A stretch of DNA of 59,741 nt, counting the filler, from Sphacelaria rigidula (lineage: Eukaryota), in assembly GCA_964200075.2 (NCBI GenBank). It is 4 parts of 4 records of this genome, joined end to end, with 100 filler letters (N's around TTAATTAATTAA, not from the genome) between each part and the next. Parts side by side here need not be neighbours in the genome. Positions count along the whole stretch, not along the records: positions 29,935 to 44,788 come from CAXNAA020002014.1; positions 44,889 to 59,741 come from CAXNAA020002015.1; 2 more parts are not named here. One strand, written 5' to 3'. The position numbers were made by a program, and so were the translations under genes. How positions within the stretch are numbered: the first letter of the stretch is position 1; the number at the start of each line of letters is the position of its first letter. The notes under the pieces are model-generated. The model did no database searches. It saw only the letters and a program-made list of their open reading frames with translations, and had not been told where the DNA came from. Below, in pieces: positions 37,142 to 48,328 of this stretch.

Positions 37142-37645
37142 TGTTCTGTAGGGTACGGCTTTCTGTATACCCGGGGTAGTTTCTCGGGTATTTACCGCAC
37201 CCGGCAGTACTGTTACTTCTGTAAGACTTTCATACCCTCACCCGATAGTTCTAAGTTCTGTAACCCTCCAGTACCGTTACCTGGGGCGCGGGTATGTTTC
37301 GAGATGATACCCGGTTGCGGGTACGACCATCTGTGCAACCTTCGTACCCAACTCGACAGTTTCTGTGAGTTCTGATAACTTGCCATACCCTTACCGGACA
37401 GTTCTCTGAGTACTGTACAGAATCTATATCTGTACACGGAGCGCGGGTACGCCCTTGAGGAAATACTCGATTGCCGGTGCGGTTTTCTGCAACCCTGCCT
37501 GACAAGCTCTGTAATTTCCGTAAGATTTTGCAACAGTACCGGTACCCGAAAGTTATGTAATTTCCATACAGGAAGACTTTCACACCGGTACCCAATATTC
37601 CCGATATTTCTGTAAGTTTTATGAGGACTCAAACCCTACAGAGCA
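37142..37645. mobile_element. ~500-bp TIR element with internal (GG)TACCC / TTCTGTA subrepeats
   Basis: TGTTCTGTAGGGT ... ACCCTACAGAGCA termini. Confidence 0.55.
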
Positions 37646-38042
37646 TATCCGTGCCCTATAGAAAACAACCTTGAAATGATGTACCGAAACGAGACCGGGT
37701 GCTCGAAGGTGAGCCTTCAGCGCCAGGCCTCTTTTCGGAACAGTTACACCAGACCACATTAAACGCGTGGATCCCCGGCACTACAGATGACCAGCGTCTC
37801 TTTTCTTGCGAGCACCCCCCGACATGATGACACCCCACACCCCACATATCCAGGGGTTTATAACCGCTGCTTCATGTAATATTCTTGAAATAAAGTAGGC
37901 GTCCTCCACAATTATCCAGTGGGGCGGGCGCCGAAGGGGTTACAAGTTTGTGTACTCCAGTCTGCCCTTTAGTGCTTTGCGCTACACACAGTTCGTCTCT
38001 GCGAGCGCCAGCGGCAAAGCATGTAACATATTTGGGTCTCAC

Positions 38043-38477
38043 ATAAGGATCCCATATCCGCAGGTGCTGACGCTTCTTGCCCAACTGCTTCGCAAGGGCA
38101 GCCAACGCGCCTTCCACGTCTCGGTAGGCCTGCAGCGGGGTCTCGAAGTGGTCGCAGTAGTCAGTTGGAAAGGGATGCTGTAGCTGTGATACCTTCACGA
38201 CGCCTTTTTCGCCTCCATTGCCCTGTCTTGGCCTTTTCTTTCCCGAAGAGTGTACCTTATCTACTCTCGATTCCACGGCGGCAGTATTCTCTTGGCGGTG
38301 TCGGGCAGCACCAGCACTGGTTGTGTCGAGGACAACATGATCTCGGGACGCCACGGGCTGCGCATCAACTGCTGTCGCCGCATTGCACTCCCTCTTGTTC
38401 CTCTTTCTGTTTTTGCTCTCTTTTCGTCGCTTCTTCGCACGAACCCCTGGTCCCAGTCCATTCCCACCTTCTTCCAT
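38043..38477 (-). CDS. Dam-like amino (N6-adenine-type) methyltransferase, exon 1
   Basis: ATG at 38477; basic NLS-like KKRRKESKNRKRNKR; DHFETP motif; ends IWDPY|GTGAGA. Splicing creates the SAM-binding motif-I-like WDPYYCAG. Total protein 340 aa. Confidence 0.88.
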
Positions 38478-38813
38478 GACTTCTCCGTCAACTCAACCGC
38501 CTCTTGCATCGCAGTGAAGCGCGGTCACAACACTAGTGGGACAATAGCAGCACAGGACAAAACAGCCGGCACACGAAGAATAGACAACAGTAACTGTAAC
38601 TACTGTGTAGAGTGCACAGGGTTGTTGATATTTGACAGCCTGATCTCTAGGGTCATTCACAACCAGGTACCCTCAACATATTATTGGGTACCCCACTTGA
38701 CATTCAGTGTACCCTGCTATTGTGTAAGGAATCGCCCGCTTTTGGGGCCTCTGAGACAGTGACCCACGGCGACAGCAGCACTCATCGTCAACACCGTGGT
38801 CCATAAAACAAGC
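38478..38813. promoter_or_regulatory. Putative bidirectional promoter (336 bp between divergent ATGs)
   Basis: Head-to-head start codons at 38477 (-) and 38814 (+). Confidence 0.55.
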
Positions 38814-39011
38814 ATGCAGCGTGTGGCGACATTGGCGCTGGGGCGGGCGGCTGCTTGCGTTTCCACAAGGCGGGTGGTGGTGGGATCATCATCGGCGATT
38901 GTTCGAGGTCGCTCAGTATTGTACGCACGGCAGCAACAGCAGGGTGCTCTGACTGCTGGCTTCAGGCAACTACACTCCTCGCGGCCAGTGGCGGCTGGGC
39001 CAGCTGGAGGA
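38814..39011 (+). CDS. First exon of a mitochondrion-targeted protein (presequence only)
   Basis: MQRVATLALGRAAACVSTRR...GFRQLHSSRPVAAGPAGG is Arg/Ala/Ser-rich with no acidic residues and an RxLHSS cleavage-like motif. Consensus |GTAAGT donor. Downstream exons not identified. Confidence 0.7.
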
Positions 39012-42000
39012 GTAAGTAACTGCACTTTGTTTCTGAACTCTGACTGCATATGCATACTCTATTGCAATTTTGTGCACGGTGTTGGATGTAGTGCCGAGAG
39101 TTGTGAGTTGTGCAGCAATTTGGTGGTTCGAGTCCAACGAAGCACCTGTACACACTCTTGTGCTCGAGGTTCGCTTGTGAAGTGCGAGCGAAGTGCATAT
39201 GGGCGCGACTTGTCCTCTACTGTCAACTATCATAGTGCGACGACGGGCATGCCTGAACAAACACATTCGCGTGTCTGGGTAGGTGGTGGAAACCTATCCT
39301 TCGCGACTTCTCCTGCTATCTTTCTGCTATCCTGTGCTGGCCGCGTAGTGTACAGACCCCTGCTGGGTGACGGATGTCATTGCGACCGCCGCACTGAGAC
39401 GTAGCGGCAGACAAGGTAGTAAAAAGCTATCTCAGCTTGGTGATGAATAGCTGCGGTATTTGCCGTCAGGCTGTTTGTGAGTCCCCATCATGCGAGGATA
39501 AAGGAGGTGACGAGGACGGCGAGAAAACAGAGCTGCATCAGATTTCGTAACTCTGTGCGCTACATCGTATTTGTATTTTTTTGTCATCCTCTGGCCTACC
39601 GAGCAAAACGAGCCCTCTCTGTTTCACCGCGTTCTGCATGCTCTTGACTTTCCAGACATTTCTGGACAGGGGAGACGCAGCGGCGCGCATTATATCGGTG
39701 GTGAAGGGCTTTGAAAAGGTGAGATATCCCTAACTCTGCCATGCATGCGTTATGTATACAGTAAAGCTTTGCACAGTACAGTACAGCGGTGTGCTCCACC
39801 GTGCAAAAAAGCGAACACAGGATGCCGCACACGACTACATGAAGTACAGTGTATCGTGTGTGGTGTTGCTCCTTTTCGATGATATGGAGGCATGAGCGTC
39901 GGAGACGTGAACGTTCCAGTAGCTTGAGTCATGTTCCGCATTTTCATTTTCCTTGTCCGCAGAGATGAGGTCCGCGTAGGAAGAGGGATGCGCACTGTCA
40001 GATTTAAGAGGTGGCTTCACGGGCGATGCCCCGCGGCGGAAAAGCTCGCATCACTCACGAGATCCGTCACAGTACATTACTGTAGTGGTTGCTGCTGAAA
40101 AGATGTCTGTCTACGGTAGAGCGGGGCGAACTTGGTGCAGGGTTCTTCACATGCAGGCCCCACCCCGTGCGCATCCTTGTTCAAAGACACATATACATAA
40201 CATACTGTTTGCCGTCAGTGTTCGCTGCTGCGTACCAACCGCAGCAGTGATGCCTTGGGCGATACTACCTTCTTGGTGCACAGCGGCAGGGTGCAGGGTG
40301 ACAAAGCACACCGCAGCACTCCACATCGTCAGCTTTTCCCTATGGTGCATTGATTCCCCGCTGTCTCATGCAGTTCGCCACAACACGAACGCAGACGCTT
40401 TTGCTGCGGTCAACGTGTACGTGGGATATCACCATATCACCTATCGCAACGCGCTATATCGCTACGCCACATTTTGTACAGCTGCCCGTATTGCAGCTAT
40501 GCGTTCGTATGCCCCATGTGGCGCACGCAGGAGTGAAAGGCTGCCTACGCAGCAACAACCCCCGCGCTGGTCGTTCGGGTCTGGTCGATAAATTTCGCCT
40601 CGCTGTGATTAGATAGGTCGCTCGAAGACATATTTTTTATTATTCTACTAACGCAGGGTCAACCCTGTGTGGGTGGGGGTCCAGTCCCAAAAGGGTTAAC
40701 AAGCGGGTAAAAGTGTCGACGGCGTACCCTGCGGCGATGCCGATATTTTATGCTGCACTGCGCTGCTGTATGCATCATCATAACGAACGGTACTGTACTG
40801 TTCTACACTCTGTTGTCGCTGTACCTACTGGGTGATGAACGACACTGCACTCGTGAACTCTTGTCGCACACTGTGGACTGTTCTCGCAATACCGACTGTA
40901 CCATCGTGTATTACCACACGGCATTATCGTGTACTGTGACTGTGGAGTGTACTGCACTACATTATACCCTAGGGTACCACGGTACGACGCTGCTCTTGAA
41001 CGATGATTCACTGTCTACGTGTTCTTCGGCTTTGCTGTGATAACACACCTGCCCAGAAAATGACCGTGTACAGAACAATTTCAACAAATCTGTAAAGCCA
41101 TGAAGGGAGATACACGAATCTGAGTCTCGCGAATCCGAGCCCCCCCGATTTGGCACAGATTGAGGTCCCGCTAGATTCGGGATTGGTACCTATACAAAAT
41201 CGTCCGACGAGCTGGGCTAGCTGTAAATCCCACATTCGCTGTCCACACCACAACTTCTCATTTTACCCAAATCAGCGCGACTTGAGCATATTAATGTTCG
41301 GGGTGCCAATCAAGGCCAAAAAAGTGAATGGGCTGTTCAAGGAAATCACAACGTCCACAGACACAATTTCCCCTTCTCCTTTGTTGTCCTGGGATGCTCC
41401 CCCCAAATACACTTGTTTCTACAATCGAATATCTTGACGGGCTGACTGCAGGCGCAGGCACTACCCTCCCTGTTCACACTCTACACCCTGTTGCTGACCA
41501 TCCACATGCACCCGATAGCAGTGGCCTTGTCCTCCTGCCTTGAAGGCGAACCCTCTGAACCTGGGAAAAACTAAAGTTTCCGGCTTACCGATCCGACCGC
41601 GGGACGTGCCCTGAAATGGGCGCCGCGCAGTGCAATGCATTGGGGTTGGGAGCACCCAACGCAACAATCGGCACTTGAATCGCACACGTAACCCTGGAGA
41701 ACTGCCCGGATTAAACTTACCCGTCGATGGAGTATGTCCTGAGCAACTCAACGTTTCCAAAAAATTCAAGTGCAAAATAATCACAGCCAGAAGGGGCTCG
41801 GGGGGAAACGTCGAGGGGCAGATCTGAATTGGTCGCGGAGTAACTTTAGTCCGGTGAGTACACATGTGCAAATATGATACCCTCAGACATTTTCTGTGGA
41901 GAAAAGCTCTGCCGCTCGTGTACACAGCCGCGCGGGGAATCCAAGGCGAAAAGCATAGCGTGTACTGGAGCAGACAACATCATGGCGACCGAATTGTGCT

Positions 42001-43745
42001 CTCCTCTCCGTCTGTGGTGTTGAATGTATTGGTACCACCATGTTCGCCGTATCGCGTCTACAGCCTACGTCCGCTGCGACTTGAGCTTGTACATTTGGAA
42101 TACACGGACAAATGTCTCTCACCCTCCACTCAATCCAGAGTCGGGGATATGTCGTATCGGCATACTTTCCACTTGGAAAATGAGTGCGAAACCCGATTGA
42201 CCTAAACAGGGGTCGGAGAGTTCAACCTTGGAGCCGATTATTTGTAGGAAGAGGCGACCGTCTCCAGATATTTTGACTTGAAAAATGAACTCAAGACACC
42301 ATCCTGGCGATCAAGCGCCACTTTCTGAGCGGGCGGGAAGAGTGACGATCTCCAAAGGAGTAATCCGACAGTTGACGATACCCACAGATGGAGGGAGGAA
42401 TGCGGCCGGGGGCACAGAGAAAATAACACTGTACGGTACCGCGCTGTACTGTACTCATGGTACTGTGCTGTACGGTGCACTTCGGCAATGTCTAGTTACA
42501 CAGACAGCAGCCACCTCATGATGGGTCAGTCGTGTTTGTGTGGGCGAACTATTTGCTTCAAAAGCGAATGCCCACCGCAGCCCACGGACTTATTTTGCAA
42601 CTGGAGGCAGGAAGAAATGACGGTGAAGTGCAGACCAACCTAGTAACACACGGCACCGCCGCTGAATGAAAGGAAGAAGAAAAAAATCTACCGCATTATA
42701 TATTCAACGACGGACAAAAAAGATGATCTATTGGGATTCGAACTCATGAACTCCATTATTGGAGTCTTCTGTATCATTTTGATTAAAGGGCAGCGGCCTG
42801 TCACACGAAGAGTGCGATGCCGCGCCCAATTCGAGGTACTTCTGGCCGAAACTTTACCAGAAGGTCGGCGGCGCGAGTGCCCGTATATGTCGGAGCATTC
42901 TTGTTCTTATCAATTCTAAGGAACAAGTTATAGCATTTCCCCTGTTTTTGCTGAAACTTCAACTCGCTCTCACTTCCTTCTTTTTTTCTCTCTTCCGCAC
43001 CACCCATAGGGTTGCGCGGGTTATTGATGAAAAATTTCAGCGCCTTACTCTTCGAATTACAAACGGCATTTCCACCCTTCGTACCACCCATAGGGTTGCG
43101 CGGGTAATTGATGGAAAATTTCAGCGCCTTACTCCTCGAATTACAAACGGCATTTCCACCCTTCGTCTAAAAATCACTGTCAGCTGGCCCAGGTCGTCGC
43201 ACATTTTTTTCGATCTAGAAAATGGGTTCGATTTTTCTCGATTTGATGGTTCCACCACATTTCTGTTCCTAAAAGGTTTAAACTCGTTTTTGTAATCATT
43301 GGCGCGCGGAGAACACAAAGCTGAGCATTTTCGATCAAAAACATGCAGTCGAAAGGCACCAAGCGGCACTTGACCACCACGCCAGATACCATCAGTTCAC
43401 AGAACAATGCGAACTCCACACAATACGTTCTCACCCACCACTGGCACCTTCCAGCACAGAGCACGAGTGAGCACAGGAATAGGTGGTTGGGTGTCTAAAT
43501 CTCAGCGCCCAACTCTTCGAATCTCCAATGGCATCTCCGCACTTCGTTCAAGAACCACTGTCAGCTGGCCCAGGTCTTCGCCCTTTTTTTTTCGATCTGG
43601 TAGCTCCACAATATTTTGGTTCCTCCTTGAAAATTCGCCTGGACGCAACTCGAGAAAAATGAGCGAATGCCGATCATATCAATTCTGCTGTCGCTTTTTT
43701 CGATCGAAAAAATGTGTATGAGGTCGCTCCTTGTAGCAAATAACA

Positions 43746-44146
43746 AAGTCCCGTAAAAGCGCTTTCGTGGTCCTTCTTCATCGTTTTACGCCCCAGAAGA
43801 GAGTTGAACGGAGTTTGTAACACCTTGTAATAGCTTGCTCTACTCGGTAAGGCGGTTCCAGGACATCTTCGCGATTTCCGGTGGCCGCAGTTTTTTTCGG
43901 CCAAACAAGCATTTTTGCCTACAGACGGTCAAGTCCAGAGAAGACGGCAAGTTTTATAGTCGACCTTTCTTGGACAAAGATTCAATTTTGGCCGAAAGAA
44001 AAACTGCGGCCACCGGACAACGCGAAGATGTCCGGGAACCGTCTCAACGAGTAGAGCAAGTCATTCCAAGGTGTCAAACTCCACCTAGCTCTCTTTCAGG
44101 CCGTAAGACGACGAAAGAGGACCAAGGAAGCATTTTCAGAGGACTT
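43746..44146. mobile_element. Foldback/MITE with ~160-bp imperfect TIRs
   Basis: 43746-43904 is an imperfect reverse complement of 43987-44146. Confidence 0.7.
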
Positions 44147-44788
44147 GATCTTCGTTTGCCGTAAGGGACGGCCGAAGACACGCCACCAGCGTGTGCTTCA
44201 ACCAAAGAAGGAAATTCGATTTCGATTCCAGATCTGGGTCTAACACCGCCAGCGATACTGCCTCGCGGATATTTTGGATTCAGGCGCATGGTGAGTCCAC
44301 CAGTGACAAGTCACAGTCCATCCAAGGGCTCCGTCAGCGAGTCGCCCTGCGATGCAAACAGAGCTCGATGGCTCCCACGATAGTCATCACCAAACCACGC
44401 ATGAAATGCATATTTTGGGTTTGACCGGTCAAGCAATGCGGTCATCACTGTGTATGCAACATCGCTTCACCACAAATGGCTCCGAAGCTGACTCTTCGAG
44501 CCGGAAAATTATCACTATTCATTCAGCCATACTTTTGAGCCCACCTTCCACAGATGAGGGTAACATAATGTGAAATCAGAGATTCTCGCGCGAAGCGCGA
44601 CATCATGTTCGAGCGTTCAAAATCAGGCGAAAAGCTGAAATATGGAACATGCGACATGTCCTGGTTCACGGTGCTTCAGCACAAATACACCCACGCCTCA
44701 AGTGCTGTAACTGCCATTGACACTTTCTACGATAGCCCCCCCCCCAAAAGTGCATGGTTTTGTGAGGCAAAATCTTCACGTAAATCGA

Positions 44789-44888
44789 NNNNNNNNNNNN
44801 NNNNNNNNNNNNNNNNNNNNNNNNNNNNNNNNTTAATTAATTAANNNNNNNNNNNNNNNNNNNNNNNNNNNNNNNNNNNNNNNNNNNN
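44789..44888. other. Artificial contig linker N44-TTAATTAATTAA-N44
   Basis: Same 100-bp linker. Confidence 0.97.
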
Positions 44889-44896
44889 TATTATTA

Positions 44897-44927
<31 letters not shown>

Positions 44928-45048
44928 TATTATTATTGTTGTTATTGTTATTGTTATTGTTATTGTTATTGTTATTGTTTTTGTTATTGTTCTTCTTTTT
45001 GTTGTTGTTGTTGTTGTTCTTCTTCCAATTATTATTACGGTTATTGTT
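44889..45048. repeat. (ATT/GTT)n microsatellite at contig start
   Basis: Directly visible. Confidence 0.9.
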
Positions 45049-45279
45049 TCCGTCATATCTCGATCTCTGGGACCCGTGGTCACAGATGCAAGGAGCATAC
45101 CGTCCATACTTCTAAACCAAACAGCCGACAGGGGAAGGCGAGAAACAAAACCTCTACACGAAAACAAAGTCACCCACATTACGAAAGATCCGTGAAAGAC
45201 CAACCGAACTGCAGGAGACCTACTGGAAGCTAAAAATTCCCGGCGTACGACGTCTCCTTCTTGCCACAAACTGGTGTCT

Positions 45280-45410
45280 ATTGATTGATTTTGATTGATT
45301 AGTTGTCGCACTTTAACTGTCCCCCCAGGGGTCCAGCCGTCTACAACGTGTAGTAACATCGAGTAAGCCGGTAACCGAAATGTCACGTAGAGCAGGAACC
45401 AGTTCAAAAT
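45280..45410 (-). mobile_element. 3' end of LINE/SINE with (AATC)n tail
   Basis: Minus strand ...GGCTGGACCCCTGGGGGGACAGTTAAAGTGCGACAACTAATCAATCAAAATCAATCAAT; the tail resembles those at ~3520-3580 and ~55290-55345. Confidence 0.55.
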
Positions 45411-47659
45411 TGATCTACTGTCTACAGTAGTAGAGCTTCAACTCTGGGCGAAAATCTATGGTTGACAGGGTGACTACTTGATTTTAGAGTAAAAGAAAGT
45501 TCTGAGAAAAATTCTGCTTTGGGGCAGGTGAGCGGTGGACCCAGCTCGTCCAGAATGTATTTCTGTCCAAATCGGTGCCGGGGGCGTCGATTTGAGGTCT
45601 GCCAATGCACACTTCGCCTAGGAGAATCTTTGCACCCCCCTTGCCCGATGGTCCTCGTAGAAAGTAGGTCGGGGTTAGGGTTAGGGTTAGTGTTACAGCT
45701 AGTTTTTTCGAAAAAATCAATCATAGATTTATGCGCGAAGCGAAAGGCCGCCTCGGCAAGAGAGATGTTCAAAGAGATCCTCTACAGCGCCTGCGCAGTG
45801 GAAACTGGACAACTGTGTAAGATAAGAAGATCCAATGAGACAAAAAAGAACAAAAAGGATAATCCGATGGCAACGGGGAGGGAAATCGAGGACATGTGTC
45901 CTTCCTTGGGTTCTAGTCAAGTAGAATTGTCATAGAAACACGACAGGCAGGGCGTGTGTAGCCTACACAGGACATTGCACTATAAACAGAATCTATTCAG
46001 AGTATCCTGTATTCAACCGTGAAAACATCTGTACGTAGTGACCACAACAAAAAAACACCTTTAAAATCCAGCGGAAATATAGTACCCCGCTCTCAAACGA
46101 ACTTCGTCGCTCTACTCCTCTCTTCTCCGCGGTGGGATCGTCCTTGGTTGCGAGGTCGATCTCCTGACGCTACCATCCGTCCTCACCAGCGTCCATGCCC
46201 AAACGCAACCGCCCATCCTCACCAGTGTCTGTGGTTTTGGATGTTCTCGTCGTTGTTTGTTGTCAGTGCCACCTCTGTTACCTTTCGTGTGAATACTCCC
46301 CCCTTCGTGGTGCACTCTGGTTCTCGTCAATAGTAACTGTCCCGTCCGGGAGGCTCAACCAGACCTAACCCGTCCGCCGACGACCGCTTCTCCTCCATTC
46401 TTGTCGCCGAAACCAGCCTGAACACCGGCAAACGCTCCTTTTTATCGAACGTGTGCGTGCCAGCTTTCGACAGCAGTGCCATCTGCCTCCACGCACGCAA
46501 CGAAACCCGACATTCCCGCACCCAGGGTGTTGACACATGATACTGGTTCAACACGGGACATGGCTGCACTCAGGGCGTTGCATATTGTACTGTTTTACAC
46601 AGGGGGTGGAGGTGCCTGGTTGACACTGCGCTGACCAAACTCTACCACCACACTACGGCCTTGGCCGAGGGTAGTAGTCAGACGGAATCACTCCTTGAGG
46701 GTTACTCCGGCTTTACACTCGCCGAAAAGACTCCCTACACGCCGTACCGAGAACACCGGTCATGGCCTTAAACCTAGAACGGGGGACGGAGATGTATCAT
46801 GTATACACTCTTTAGAAAGCAAACCATGGTATCTCCCGTCCAGTGCATATGCACGTGGTGCGCGTGAGTAGTATTTTGTGCTTGTGGCGATTGTGGTTCC
46901 ACGGCTTAGTTTTCCAGCAATGTTGCGAGACGTGTTGCATGCAAGTCCTCCTCTTCCCCTAATCACTACTCCCCCAGTCGCTCGGCCGCCGGTGCCAAGA
47001 AGAACAGAATACTTCATGTGACAAGTGGAATCGTACCTAGCGATAACCAACATAGCGTGAGGGTGTTAAATGCACGTATCAGCGCTCGACGAGTATGGCC
47101 GAGGATGGCGAACCGCAAGTAGGGCAAGGAGATAAGTAGACAATAGCAATTTCAGTCGGGTGTGAAATCGGGGAGACATCGTTGTTAGCATCGTTTTTGT
47201 GCTGTCGCATCCAACGACAGAAGACGAGGTGGGTTGAGAAAGGATTCGAAGTTGCTAGATTCTTGCTTTCGGGTTGGAATATTTTGCACATCAATTTTTC
47301 ACTCAAAGATGCCGGACCCAACAGAGTCTCTCACACCTAGGAAGCCACGACGGTTCACATTGAGTAACCTACGTGTGCAAAGGAGCCCGTGCGTTGGATT
47401 CACATTTCCCTAACCGACCCTCTCTGCCTCCCAGCTGATTTGAGCGCTTTTTGCGATTCCTGGGCTCTGCCGTCCAAGCGTTCACCACATGGCCCCGCCC
47501 CCGTTACCGTGTAGATCGTGTCATGAATTGTAGGGTTGGGATGTCAGCGGATATACCGCGGGCGCTCCGCGTTGCTTCGCGCTGCTCCACTTGCGTTTAT
47601 TGCTTAAGCTATACTCTCTGGTTTGCAATAATTATGCCCTCCTTCACCGGTGTTGTCTT

Positions 47660-47820
47660 TCATCATTACCGTCATCGCCAATGCCATCATCATCCTCATC
47701 ATCGTCATCATCGTCATCATCATCATCGTCATCATCGTCATCATCATCATCGTTATCATCATCGTTATCATCATTATCATTATCATCATCATCGTTATTA
47801 TCATCATCATCATCATCATC
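47660..47820. repeat. (CAT)n-type microsatellite
   Basis: Directly visible; source of the poly-S/H/D/I/M ORFs. Confidence 0.95.
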
Positions 47821-47859
47821 AACGAGAACAACAATAACACCAAACATCGATGTCAGCAG

Positions 47860-48328
47860 GGTCTTTTCTTTTTTGTCTCCCGAAACGCCGCTAAAAGGAG
47901 AGGTGCCGAAAGGCAGCGGCCTCGATAAATTTCTGTCTTCGCAAAGCGAAGAGATAGTACTAAGGCTCCAACTCGTCAAGTCCCCAAACAAGAAGCTACG
48001 CCGCAGTGGGAAGAAAAGAAGCAGCAGCAGTGGCGGCGAGCAAAGAAACGAAAGCGAACCAATCCGCCATGCGAATGAAGTAGCAATGAAAGACGATATG
48101 ATCAACCCCGCAAAAAAAAGGAACACCGACCAACCCCAGAGCAACAATCATAGCGCCGGCTACAGCAGCGCTGGCGACGCCGACGGTAGAGAGGGGCTGC
48201 GAAAGCAGTCAAGGCGTGACGATGGAGGAATCACGAGCGAGAGAATAAGCTGGGGAGGGAGGGTGGCAGGAACGGTGGGAGAAGCCAGGTTAGGGCTGGG
48301 GCAATTCAGGAATGGCCACATCGAGAAG
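47860..48328 (+). CDS. Uncharacterised protein (C2-like beta-rich segments), internal exon 1
   Basis: cagcag acceptor; VFSFLS...EEIVLRLQLVK...low-complexity insert...GTVGEARLGLGQFRNGHIEK|GTGCGC; phase 0 joins 51040. Confidence 0.65.

Noticed and set aside
47451-48147. Poly-Ser/His/Asp/Ile/Met ORFs
   Set aside because: Translations of the (CAT)n microsatellite; only the part downstream of the 47859 acceptor looks coding.
38814-48328. Joining the mitochondrial first exon to the exons at 47860 onward
   Set aside because: Separated by an artificial contig linker, and the splice phases do not match.
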